From a virus (taxonomy: Duplodnaviria; Caudoviricetes): a stretch of 63,724 nt of DNA. Positions within the stretch are counted from its first letter, which is position 1. The number at the start of each line of letters is the position of its first letter. The notes beneath the pieces were generated by a model, which worked only from the letters and a program-made list of their open reading frames with translations, ran no database searches and was not told the origin of the DNA. Positions 45,716-54,687 of the stretch are shown here, in pieces. The stretch lies in IMG/VR virus record IMGVR_UViG_3300044630_000814, positions 1 through 63,724 of that record; one strand, given 5' to 3'. A program made the translations under genes and the position numbers.

Positions 45716-45907
45716 TTAGGCGTTATTATACTTCGGGTTGAGCTGCTTGAGTTCGGTAAAGTTGGAGACGAGGACGTAATTGCTCTTGTTGAGCGGGGCC
45801 ACGCAGTGCCTTACCTTCCTCGCCTCCAAGTCCCCACACACAGGACAGGTTTGGTAGCCAAGGGCTACACGTCTCGGATTAATTTTGTCGCCGCAGTGAC
45901 ATTTCAT
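45716..45907 (-). CDS. C4 zinc-finger protein (DksA/TraR-finger-like)
   Basis: CHCGDKINPRRVALGYQTCPVCG; AAGGAGCAAAC RBS; first gene after promoter P1. Confidence 0.7.
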   Translation of the reverse strand: MKCHCGDKINPRRVALGYQTCPVCGDLEARKVRHCVAPLNKSNYVLVSNFTELKQLNPKYNNA

Positions 45908-45977
45908 AGTTTGCTCCTTTTCTAACCTTGTTAGGGCTGGTTGGGTGAACCGACCTGACCTTTTGTTTTTTCTTTTA

Positions 45978-46046
45978 TTTGTAGCACAAAATACCTTCTA
46001 CGTCAAGTGATGTGGGCACGAGGTCGGGCACGTCTAACTAGGTTAG
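45978..46046 (-). promoter_or_regulatory. Early sigma70 promoter P1 with upstream CTAAC-N3-GTTAG site
   Basis: TTGACG-17-TACAAA with extended -10 TG; near-duplicate of 43146-43214. Confidence 0.75.
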
Positions 46047-46049
46047 GTA

Positions 46050-46480
46050 GCGTAAGAAAATGGGATGACGGGAAACTGCGCTTTGTAAGGAAAATCGGGG
46101 TAATGTAAGAAAAGTGGCGAGGAAAAACTTACAAAAGAAAATGGCAGAAGCCTGCGGGTTTCAGTAAGGAAGTTGGGTGTAATGTAAGAAAGTTAGTTAA
46201 AAAAATAATAATAAAGGGCTGGAACGATTTTGCTTACGGATATTTCGGTGCATCTGCGAGAGAGCGTCTTTTCGGAGCGATGCCCCAAAAAAACCTTACA
46301 ACCCTTACGACCCTTACAAAGCGCAGAAATGCGTGGGTCATTTTCTTACAATAGGGCTAACTTTTCTTACATTACACAACTTTCCTTACAATACCCTGTG
46401 CGCTCGTCAGTCCTGTTACTATCATAGGAGCACCTAACTAAGTTAGGGCTGGTAATGTAAGTTTTCTGCATTGTAAGTTT
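46050..46480. repeat. Iteron-like TGTAAG/CTTACA repeat field (candidate replication origin)
   Basis: 11 exact hexamers in about 400 bp, arranged as inverted arms around an AT-rich core; non-coding. Confidence 0.55.
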
Positions 46481-46543
46481 TTCGCCTGCACCTAATGCGC
46501 TCGTCAGTCTCGTTACTATCATAGAAGCCCCTAACAAAGTTAG
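46399..46543 (+). repeat. 48-bp imperfect direct repeat (46399-46446, 46496-46543)
   Basis: 43/48 identity; each copy holds TTACTATCATA and a CTAAC-N3-GTTAG palindrome. Confidence 0.85.
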
Positions 46544-46572
46544 ATGTGTTCACCCTGCTGCATTAGGTGCAA

Positions 46573-46603
46573 ACAAAAACCCCCATGCTTGCGCATGAGG
46601 GTT
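46573..46603 (-). terminator. Intrinsic terminator after the first early gene
   Basis: AACCCTCATGC-GCAA-GCATGGGGGTT followed by a U-run on the minus strand; second GCAA hairpin at about 46632-46650. Confidence 0.7.
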
Positions 46604-46657
46604 CGGTGAGAGGTTCTAACTTTGTTAGGTCGGGGGAGCTTGCGCTCCCCTCCCCGA

Positions 46658-47149
46658 TTAGTCCATTAGGTTGAATTGTGTCAGGTCGATGCCGAGCTTC
46701 TCAAGTCCCATGCCGATATAGAAGGTTGCATCAAGGGTTGCCTCGGTCGGATTCTCATCTGCCTTGCCTGCCTTATAGAGCTTGGTAAGCTCGGTGACAA
46801 AGCGGTCGTGAATATCCCGTGGCGCATTGGCCCCCGCACCTTTCTTGACCTCAGGCTTCACATACTTAAGCACATCAGACCAAGGCTTATACTCATTATA
46901 CTTAGGGTTCTTGGCCTTCTTCTCCTTGGCTAGCTCTAACACTAGAGCCTTCTCCGCTCGGATAGCTTCCCGCACCTTGGCCTCATTACCAGATAGCGGG
47001 CCTTTCATCGGGATAAGCCACCAGCCAGCACCGAACTGTTCGGTAAGACTCTCGGCATATTCACGTAGCTTGCCGTATGTGGACTCGGTGGCCTTCATGT
47101 AGGCAAGGCGAGTAGTTGTGAGTGCGTTACGCATTGTTGCATTAGTCAT
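46658..47149 (-). CDS. First early gene, hypothetical protein (monocistronic)
   Basis: AGGAGCAAAC RBS; 163 aa; own terminator. Confidence 0.75.
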   Translation of the reverse strand: MTNATMRNALTTTRLAYMKATESTYGKLREYAESLTEQFGAGWWLIPMKGPLSGNEAKVREAIRAEKALVLELAKEKKAKNPKYNEYKPWSDVLKYVKPEVKKGAGANAPRDIHDRFVTELTKLYKAGKADENPTEATLDATFYIGMGLEKLGIDLTQFNLMD

Positions 47150-47727
47150 AATATGTTTGCTCCTATTAGTGTGTGAGTATCGGGGAGTGTTTGTCACCCT
47201 TCCGATGATTTGTTTGTCTCACAATTTAATCGGGATTGCAAGAAAAAAACGCATAAAAGCACCTAACAAGGTGAGGTTTCACGTTTTGTTCCGGTGGGGG
47301 CAGGGGTTGTTCGTTCTTTGTTCTGTTTACCCTACCGCCCCCCGACCCCCCAAGCCACACAGACAAGGTGCCGCTCCCCCTATACATACTATTTTGCACA
47401 TTATCTCACCACATTTTAAAAAACCCTGTCATCTGGCACACCCCCGGGATTCGAAACCACAAATCGACCCCCCACCCCCATATTTTTCCAGCCACCGTTT
47501 TCCCGGCACTCGATATCTGCAGACCCCCCGTCGATGGTACCTTGACGTATTTGACCCCCCGGGGGTATTATTTTTGAATGGGGTGGGTAGCTTCGGGACT
47601 GCTCCGTGGCTTGCTTGCAAGGCCCACCTCTTTTCCCGTCGCTGCGTTGTTCTCTGCGCAGCAGCCCCCGTCACCCTAGGTGTTCGGGGGTTTTTCTTTT
47701 ACCGTTGCTGTGCTATGCGCACCACCC

Positions 47728-48084
47728 ATGCCGTTCAACGACATAGAAAAGCGTAGGGAAGCGAGCCGCAGGCACTATGCGAAGCATCGTGAAAAGGTCA
47801 TTGCCAAGGCAAAAGTATATAGCAAAGCGGCCAAAGACCGTATCCGTGCGTTTATAAACGCCCACCTAGTGGCTAATCCATGTGTGGATTGCGGCGAAAC
47901 TAACACCGTCGTGCTTGAGTTCGACCACATAGGCGGCAACAAACACTTCAACATATCAGATGCGGCCCGGTTCGGGTACGGAATGGCAAAACTCAAGGAA
48001 GAAATAGCCAAGTGCGAAGTGCGCTGCGCCAACTGCCACAGGAAGAAAACGTACGAGCGAGGCGGCTGGACCCATCGGGGTTAA
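47728..48084 (+). CDS. HNH endonuclease (packaging-associated)
   Basis: CVDCG...LEFDH...CEVRCANCHRKKT; directly upstream of terminase genes. Confidence 0.85.
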   Translation: MPFNDIEKRREASRRHYAKHREKVIAKAKVYSKAAKDRIRAFINAHLVANPCVDCGETNTVVLEFDHIGGNKHFNISDAARFGYGMAKLKEEIAKCEVRCANCHRKKTYERGGWTHRG

Positions 48085-48160
48085 TTTTTGTCTTTGCTTT
48101 TTCCTGCTACTAGCGTACACGCACGGCTTCACTGCTTCCCTCAAACCGGATGCTGCACAC

Positions 48161-48793
48161 ATGCCCGTTATTAAAGTAGAACCGTCCGACGAATATCCGG
48201 TGCCTTATGACACCGTCGAAGAGAAACCCACGTCGCTCCTTGAAGAGATTGCGTTAGCGGGGAACACGGCAGAACTCCTTGTTGGTATGGGTGCCCCACT
48301 CGAACTGGATGAAAACACCGCTAAGGAAGCCAAGAAGCTTGCCGACATGGTGCAGAAGCGGGAAACCAAGAACCTTAATCAGGTGACGACTGCATTTGGT
48401 GCGGCCCAGTTTCTACGTGCCTATGGCCAACAGTTGGCATTAGATGCAAACCAAGTGCGGGCTGCAATTACGTTCAAGCTCATGGAGCTAGCGAATTACG
48501 GTGACCCTAAGGTGGAACTGAAGGCGCTTGAGCTTCTAGGTAAGCACAGCGACATCGGGCTATTCACGAACAAGTCTGAGATTACCATCAACTACAAAGA
48601 CCCGACAGAGTTGGAGAATGCGATTAAGGAGCGTGTCAAGCGGTTACTGAATGCAGATGTCATCGACATCACGCCCCTCGGACAGACCATCGAGGAAGAA
48701 CTGGCGCATTACGACCACAACGAGGCGTACGGGGAACTTGATGAGATGGAAGACGCACAGTTCGCAGAACTGGCGGAGGATGAGGACGAGTGA
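48161..48793 (+). CDS. terS: Putative terminase small subunit
   Basis: Immediately upstream of and overlapping TerL; LKALELLGK..D.GLF motif. Confidence 0.65.
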   Translation: MPVIKVEPSDEYPVPYDTVEEKPTSLLEEIALAGNTAELLVGMGAPLELDENTAKEAKKLADMVQKRETKNLNQVTTAFGAAQFLRAYGQQLALDANQVRAAITFKLMELANYGDPKVELKALELLGKHSDIGLFTNKSEITINYKDPTELENAIKERVKRLLNADVIDITPLGQTIEEELAHYDHNEAYGELDEMEDAQFAELAEDEDE

Positions 48794-50322
48794 CCGTCAA
48801 TATCGCCAACATCAGCCTAAAGGATATCCCCAAAATCCTACCGAAGCTGAGCTTGCCGGAGCAGGAGAAGCTGCTTGCGGAGTTGGAAAAGCTTCATGAG
48901 TTAAAGTCCAAGAAGGTTGCGCAGGATAAGTTCCTTGGCTTCGTCAAGGAAGTGTGGCCGTCATTCATAGGGGGACGACACCATGCAAAAATGGCAGATG
49001 CCTTTGAACGCGTCGCTCGTGGTGAGTGCAAACGGCTCATTATTAATATGCCACCGCGACACACTAAGTCGGAGTTCGCCTCTTACCTGCTCCCTGCATG
49101 GTTCCTCGGCAAATACCCCCATAAGAAGATTATCCAATGCTCGCACACGGCAGAGCTCGCGGTAGGCTTCGGGCGTAAGGTTCGAAATTTGGTAGACACG
49201 GAGGTCTACCGCAACATTTTCCCCGACCTTGTTCTGGCCTCGGACTCTAAGGCAGCTGGACGATGGAACACAAGTAAGGGCGGGGATTACTTTGCTATCG
49301 GTATCGGGGGTGCCGTGACCGGTAAGGGTGCTGACGTGCTCATCATCGACGACCCGCACTCAGAACAAGAAGCGGCTATCGCCGAAGTTAACCCAGATAT
49401 CTACGACAAGACCTATGAGTGGTATACCTCTGGGCCTCGTCAGCGTCTCCAGCCCGGTGGGGCCATTGTGGTCGTGATGACCAGATGGAGTAAGAGGGAT
49501 TTGACAGGGCAGATACTTAAGGATGCGGTAGCTAACGAGAGCCTCGGTGAGTGGGAAGTTATTGAATTTCCAGCTATTTTACCCAGCGACAAACCTCTGT
49601 GGCCTGAGTTCTGGGAGTTAAGTGAGCTTGAGAAAGTTAAGCGCGACGTCCCTAACAGCAAGTGGATGGCGCAGTATCAGCAGAACCCCATCTCGGAAAG
49701 CGCGGCTATCGTGAAACGCGAGTGGTGGCAGGAGTGGGAAAGCGACAACCCACCGGCCTGTGACTTTATCTTACAAAGCTGGGATACGGCCTTCGAGAAG
49801 ACGCAACGTGCCGACTATTCGGCCTGTACTACGTGGGGTGTGTTTTATCAGGCTGACGACAATGGTGAGACGCAGGCTAATATCATCCTCCTGAACGCGT
49901 TCAGGGATCGCATGGAGTTCCCGGAATTGAAGCGGGTCGCCATCGAGGAGTATAAAGAGTGGCAACCGGACGGGGTCATCATCGAGAAAAAGGCATCGGG
50001 TGCGCCGCTCATCTACGAGATGCGAGCCATGGGTATACCGGTGCAGGAGTTCACTCCGACGCGTGGTAACGACAAGATTTCACGACTCAACGCTATCGCA
50101 GATATCTTTGCATCTGGTAGAGTATGGGCACCGGGGACGCGCTGGGCCGAGGAAGTCATTGATGAAGTTGCAGAATTTCCCGCAGGTAGTCATGACGACT
50201 TTGTCGATACGGTGTCTATGGCCCTACATAGATTCAGGCGTGGAGGCTATATCACTACTACGCTAGACGAACCGGACGAAATCCAGTATTTTAAGTCAAA
50301 TCGCAATCAGGGGTATTACTAA
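48790..50322 (+). CDS. terL: Terminase large subunit
   Basis: INMPPRHTKS (Walker A), LIIDDP (Walker B), MTRW, QYQQ, SWDTA, IEKKASG, HDDFVD nuclease motifs. Confidence 0.95.
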   Translation: MTVNIANISLKDIPKILPKLSLPEQEKLLAELEKLHELKSKKVAQDKFLGFVKEVWPSFIGGRHHAKMADAFERVARGECKRLIINMPPRHTKSEFASYLLPAWFLGKYPHKKIIQCSHTAELAVGFGRKVRNLVDTEVYRNIFPDLVLASDSKAAGRWNTSKGGDYFAIGIGGAVTGKGADVLIIDDPHSEQEAAIAEVNPDIYDKTYEWYTSGPRQRLQPGGAIVVVMTRWSKRDLTGQILKDAVANESLGEWEVIEFPAILPSDKPLWPEFWELSELEKVKRDVPNSKWMAQYQQNPISESAAIVKREWWQEWESDNPPACDFILQSWDTAFEKTQRADYSACTTWGVFYQADDNGETQANIILLNAFRDRMEFPELKRVAIEEYKEWQPDGVIIEKKASGAPLIYEMRAMGIPVQEFTPTRGNDKISRLNAIADIFASGRVWAPGTRWAEEVIDEVAEFPAGSHDDFVDTVSMALHRFRRGGYITTTLDEPDEIQYFKSNRNQGYY

Positions 50323-50603
50323 TGGTCAAGGCGCTTTTCCCAATCGGCAAAACTCAGTGGTTAAAATGGTCTGACGACCAGCGCACAGCGTTCAACGAAG
50401 CGCGTGCAGCAGGCGTACCGTATATGGACGCTATCGCAGGTGCAAACCAGACGCAGGCTAAAAAGAAAAAGAACGTGCTCGATGTCATCGAAGACGTAGC
50501 GGAAACTGCAGTTCGCGTTGCCGACGTAGCAGCAAAGGTATCGCCGGTTGTATCAATAGCCAAGACAGTGGTTAAGGCCGCTACCAAAAAGAAAGCTAAG
50601 TAA
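50322..50603 (+). CDS. Hypothetical protein
   Basis: 93 aa, coupled between TerL and portal. Confidence 0.6.
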   Translation: MVKALFPIGKTQWLKWSDDQRTAFNEARAAGVPYMDAIAGANQTQAKKKKNVLDVIEDVAETAVRVADVAAKVSPVVSIAKTVVKAATKKKAK

Positions 50604-53087
50604 ATGGACATCGACAAGTCGCTCAACCAAGCCCCGTTAGGTATGTCTCCGATGAACACGGAGATAGACGAGGGTCCTGACCTTGAGATTGAGATCGAAG
50701 ACCCTGAGAGTGTCAGCATTGGCATTGATGGTATGGAGATCGAGATTGACCCGAGTGAGGACGAGGGCGACTTCAACGACAACCTAGCCGAAGACTTGGA
50801 CGAGGGCGTGCTGGCAGAACTTGCCGGTGACCTAATCGGTGAGTTTAACGAAGATATCAGCAGCCGCAAGGACTGGATACAGACTTACGTCGATGGGCTT
50901 GAGTTGCTGGGTATGAAGGTCGAAGACCGCACAGAACCTTGGCCCGGAGCTTGTGGTGTACATCACCCCTTACTTTCCGAAGCTGTCGTAAAGTTCCAAG
51001 CCGAGACTATGAGCGAGACATTCCCAGCCCAAGGGCCGGTGCGTACGCAGATTATCGGTAAAGAGACTAACGAGAAGAAGGACGCCGCTCAGCGCGTCCA
51101 AGAAGATATGAATTATCAGTTGACCGATGTGATGGTCGAGTATCGCCCTGAACACGAACGGATGCTGTGGGGGTTGGGCCTCGCAGGTAATGCGTTCAAG
51201 AAGGTGTATTTCGATCCATCACTCGGTCGTCAGGTCTCCATGTACGTTGCAGCAGAAGATGTTGTCGTACCTTATGGCGCGTCCAGCTTGGAAGTCGCTG
51301 AACGCGTCACCCATGTGATGCGGAAAACCCCGAATGAGCTTAAAAAGCTCCAAGCGAATGGGTTTTACCGTGATATCGACCTGCCAGACCCTGTCAATTC
51401 GATGGATGAGGTTGAGCAGAAGATTTCAGAGCAGCTCGGCTTCCGCGCTGAGACCGATGACCGGTACAAGCTGCTGGAAATGCACGTCGATATCGTCATT
51501 GAGGACGATAAATACCGCGACAAAGAGGAAAATGACCTTGGAATTGCCCTTCCGTACGTCATTACCATAGATAAAGAGACCGAAACGGTCCTATCCATTC
51601 GCCGTAACTGGAACCCAGATGACAAGAAAAAGCTTAAGCGCAACCACTTCGTACATTATTCGTACGTTCCGGGCTTTGGCTTCTACGCTTTTGGCCTTAT
51701 TCACCTTATCGGTGCTTTTGCTAAGTCTGGTACCAGCCTTATTCGTCAGCTTGTCGATGCTGGTACTCTATCTAATCTACCGGGTGGATTTAAAACTAAA
51801 GGCTTGCGCGTCAAAGGTGACGACACGCCGATAAGCCCTGCGGAATGGCGTGATGTGGACGTAGCGTCGGGTACGATGCGCGACAATATTATGCCTTTAC
51901 CTTACAAGGAACCTTCACAGGTCCTTTATTCGCTTCTGGGTACCATCGTAGACGAAGGTCGTCGCTTCGCAGGTATGGCGGATATGAAGGTGTCTGACAT
52001 GTCTGCACAGGCTCCTGTGGGCACCACGCTGGCTATTCTCGAGCGTACGCTGAAGATGATGAGTGCTGTGCAGGCACGCGTCCACTACGCGATGAAGCGC
52101 GAGTTCCAATTACTCAAAGGTATCATCCGCGATTATACGCCAGCTACGTATAGCTACGAGCCAGAAGAAGGCGGTCGTCGGGCTAAGAAGTCTGACTATG
52201 ATAACGTCGATGTTATTCCTGTATCTGACCCCAATGCTGCCACTATGGCGCAGAAGATTGTGCAGTATCAGGCAGTTATCCAGTTGGCACAGGGCGCGCC
52301 GCAAATCTACGACTTACCCTATTTACACCGTCAGATGCTTGAGGTGCTGGGTATCAAGAACGCGGAGAAGCTCGTACCGCTCAAGGACGGTGACGACATG
52401 AAGCCGCGTGACCCTGTGTCTGAAAACATGGATGTCATCAACGGCAAGCCTGTCAAGGCGTTTATCTATCAAGACCACGAAGCACATATTGCAGTGCACA
52501 CAAGCGCTATGCAGGACCCCAAGATTATGCAGCTTTTGGGTCAGAACCCCAACGCGCAGTCGATGATGGCTTCTATGCAAGCACATATAGCCGAACACTT
52601 GGCCTTCGAATATCGTAAGCAAGTCGAAGCGCAGGCAGGCGTACCACTACCGCCACCTAATGCCGAGATGGACGAGAACACCGAGCTGGCTATCTCTCGT
52701 CTGGCTGCCGCTGCCTCGTCGCAGTTACTTCAGAAGAACCAAGCCGAAGCCCAACAGCAACAGAACCAGCAGATGGCTCAAGACCCCATCGTGCAGATGC
52801 AGATGCAGGAGCTTGAGATCAAGAAGGGCGAACTTGAGCTTAAGAAGCAGAAGTTGATGATCGACGCTGCTGAGAAGAACGACCGTATCGAACTTGAGAT
52901 GGCTCGCATCGAGTCACAAGAAGAAATTGCTGGCCTAAACGTCGGCGCAAAACTTGCCACTTCCAAAGGACAACTGGAAGCTAAGCAGGAAGCCGAAGGA
53001 CTTCGCATGGGCGTCGAAATTGCCCGTGAAGCCCTTCAAAGTGAACGACCCGTTCCCAACCAAGCAACGCCTAAGGAGACTGAATGA
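50604..53087 (+). CDS. Portal protein
   Basis: 827 aa after TerL; SRKDW, G.AFKKVYFD and PGFGFY motifs; Gln-rich C-terminal barrel as in P22-like portals. Confidence 0.85.
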   Translation: MDIDKSLNQAPLGMSPMNTEIDEGPDLEIEIEDPESVSIGIDGMEIEIDPSEDEGDFNDNLAEDLDEGVLAELAGDLIGEFNEDISSRKDWIQTYVDGLELLGMKVEDRTEPWPGACGVHHPLLSEAVVKFQAETMSETFPAQGPVRTQIIGKETNEKKDAAQRVQEDMNYQLTDVMVEYRPEHERMLWGLGLAGNAFKKVYFDPSLGRQVSMYVAAEDVVVPYGASSLEVAERVTHVMRKTPNELKKLQANGFYRDIDLPDPVNSMDEVEQKISEQLGFRAETDDRYKLLEMHVDIVIEDDKYRDKEENDLGIALPYVITIDKETETVLSIRRNWNPDDKKKLKRNHFVHYSYVPGFGFYAFGLIHLIGAFAKSGTSLIRQLVDAGTLSNLPGGFKTKGLRVKGDDTPISPAEWRDVDVASGTMRDNIMPLPYKEPSQVLYSLLGTIVDEGRRFAGMADMKVSDMSAQAPVGTTLAILERTLKMMSAVQARVHYAMKREFQLLKGIIRDYTPATYSYEPEEGGRRAKKSDYDNVDVIPVSDPNAATMAQKIVQYQAVIQLAQGAPQIYDLPYLHRQMLEVLGIKNAEKLVPLKDGDDMKPRDPVSENMDVINGKPVKAFIYQDHEAHIAVHTSAMQDPKIMQLLGQNPNAQSMMASMQAHIAEHLAFEYRKQVEAQAGVPLPPPNAEMDENTELAISRLAAAASSQLLQKNQAEAQQQQNQQMAQDPIVQMQMQELEIKKGELELKKQKLMIDAAEKNDRIELEMARIESQEEIAGLNVGAKLATSKGQLEAKQEAEGLRMGVEIAREALQSERPVPNQATPKETE

Positions 53088-53278
53088 CACATGAGTTACT
53101 GATGTACCTGTCAAAAAAGGTACAGGAGGAGATTGACGTGATGAGCGGCGATCTCGCCCGTGGGACCGCAAAAGACCATGGGGAATATAAATACGCCTGC
53201 GGGATTATCCGTGGGCTTATGACGGCAAACGGTTTCATTGCTGAAGCCGCACAAAGAATGGAACAAGACGATGACTGA
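53084..53278 (+). CDS. Small conserved head-module protein
   Basis: L..G.AKD..EYKYACG.IRGL; AAGGAG RBS. Confidence 0.7.
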   Translation: MTHELLMYLSKKVQEEIDVMSGDLARGTAKDHGEYKYACGIIRGLMTANGFIAEAAQRMEQDDD

Positions 53279-53705
53279 TATTGTTGGGGTCACCACCCCC
53301 TCGTTAGTGGGCCTCAATGGCAAACCCATTGTGGCAAAGGACAAAGAACCGGAAGTTCCGGTAGAAGATCGCGCAAAGCAGCTTCCAGACCCATCCGGCT
53401 ATCGCATTCTGTGCGCTATCCCAGAAGTCGAAGAGAAGACCGCTGGCGGTATTTTCAAGGCCGACTCGACCAAGCAGTTTGAAGAACTCACTACCCCAGT
53501 ACTTATGGTGCTGAAGATGGGTCCAGATTGCTACAAGGACGAGAAACGCTTCCCATCTGGCCCATGGTGCAAGGAAGGTGACTTCATCCTTACTCGCCCA
53601 CATGCCGGTAGCCGTGTGAAAATCCATGGTCGTGAGTTCCGCATCATCAACGACGACAGCGTAGAAGGCATCGTTGAAGACCCTCGGGGCATTTCCCGCG
53701 CTTAA
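53271..53705 (+). CDS. GroES/Cpn10-like co-chaperonin
   Basis: PSGYRIL...EEKTAGGIF...GP...GD.IL...G..VKI.GREFRIINDD. Confidence 0.8.
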   Translation: MTDIVGVTTPSLVGLNGKPIVAKDKEPEVPVEDRAKQLPDPSGYRILCAIPEVEEKTAGGIFKADSTKQFEELTTPVLMVLKMGPDCYKDEKRFPSGPWCKEGDFILTRPHAGSRVKIHGREFRIINDDSVEGIVEDPRGISRA

Positions 53706-53735
53706 CGGACGTAACCCGTACAAAGGAGAAGTAAA

Positions 53736-54686
53736 ATGAGTATGCAGAATGATGATTTCGACGATTTTTCGTTCGAGGTCGAAGATGAAACCCCCGTTTC
53801 TGGGGCTGAGAAGCCCGAAATCGAAATAGAAGATGATACTCCCGAGGCAGACCGTGGGCGTGAGCCTATGCCCAAGGAGCTTGTCGAAGAGTTGGAAGCT
53901 GATGAGCTTGAAGACTATTCCGACAAGGTAAAGACCCGTCTGAAGCAGATGAAGAAGGTCTGGCACGACGAGCGTCGTGAAAAAGAACGCGAAATGCGGG
54001 AAAAGACCGAAGCTTTGTCTGCAGCCCAACGGTTACTTGAGGAAAACCGCAAGTTAAAGGCTACCCTTTCCGAGGGCGAGCAAACACTGGTTGGTAGCTT
54101 CAAGCAGGCCGCTGAATACGAGCTTGCACAGGCCAAACGTGAGTATAAGGATGCTTACGAAGCCGGTGATACTGATCGCGTCCTAGACGCACAGCAGAAG
54201 CTCAGTGAGGCACAGTACAAGATACAACAACTCGCAGGTTATCGTCCTACTTTACAAGAGGAATATAATGAGGTAGGAATACCACAACAGCAGGTCCAAA
54301 TTCCGCAACCTGACCAGAAAACTATGGCGTGGCAAGAGCGCAATACGTGGTGGGGTACTGATCCGGAAATGACCGCAGCTGCTCTTGGGCTTCATCAGAG
54401 GCTCATAAATGAACGTGGCCCGCAGTTTGCAGGTACCGACGAATATTGGGGCGTCATAGACAAAACTATGCGTCGTCGCTTCTCCGATTACTTCGGGGAT
54501 GAAATGGATAATGGTGACACCAGACCCACTGCACGCGAACAAAAAGCGTCATCGGTCGTCGCTCCAGCCTCACGAACACGGTCCCCCAAAAAGATTGTGT
54601 TGAAACAGTCCCAATTGGCAATTGCAAAACGTCTAGGCTTAACGCCCGAACAGTATGCCCGTGAACTAGTGAAGATGGAGAAATAA
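53736..54686 (+). CDS. Putative capsid scaffolding protein
   Basis: Acidic N-terminus, long coiled coil, C-terminal IAKRLGLTPEQYA; upstream of the capsid gene. Confidence 0.7.
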   Translation: MSMQNDDFDDFSFEVEDETPVSGAEKPEIEIEDDTPEADRGREPMPKELVEELEADELEDYSDKVKTRLKQMKKVWHDERREKEREMREKTEALSAAQRLLEENRKLKATLSEGEQTLVGSFKQAAEYELAQAKREYKDAYEAGDTDRVLDAQQKLSEAQYKIQQLAGYRPTLQEEYNEVGIPQQQVQIPQPDQKTMAWQERNTWWGTDPEMTAAALGLHQRLINERGPQFAGTDEYWGVIDKTMRRRFSDYFGDEMDNGDTRPTAREQKASSVVAPASRTRSPKKIVLKQSQLAIAKRLGLTPEQYARELVKMEK

Positions 54687-54687
54687 G

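Larger units (their letters stand above)
37574..47275. promoter_or_regulatory. Array of ~15 palindromic CTAAC-N3-GTTAG sites
   Basis: Exact copies at 37574, 38524, 43202, 43653, 44169, 45194, 45922, 46034, 46434, 46531, 46616; one-mismatch copies at 40480, 43090, 45707, 47263. Confidence 0.85.

Noticed and set aside
46380-46530. Hammerhead ribozyme suggested by CUGACGAG...GAAA on the minus strand of both 48-bp repeats
   Set aside because: I could not form stems I and III around a properly placed NUH cleavage triplet.
37574-47275. CRISPR array or CtrA boxes as the explanation for the repeated palindrome
   Set aside because: The repeats are only 13 bp, irregularly spaced and partly inside genes, and the consensus differs from TTAA-N7-TTAA.
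47118-47756. 212-aa plus-strand ORF in the divergence region
   Set aside because: Low-complexity Pro/Arg/Cys translation of C-rich regulatory DNA; no RBS, and it overlaps the early promoter region.
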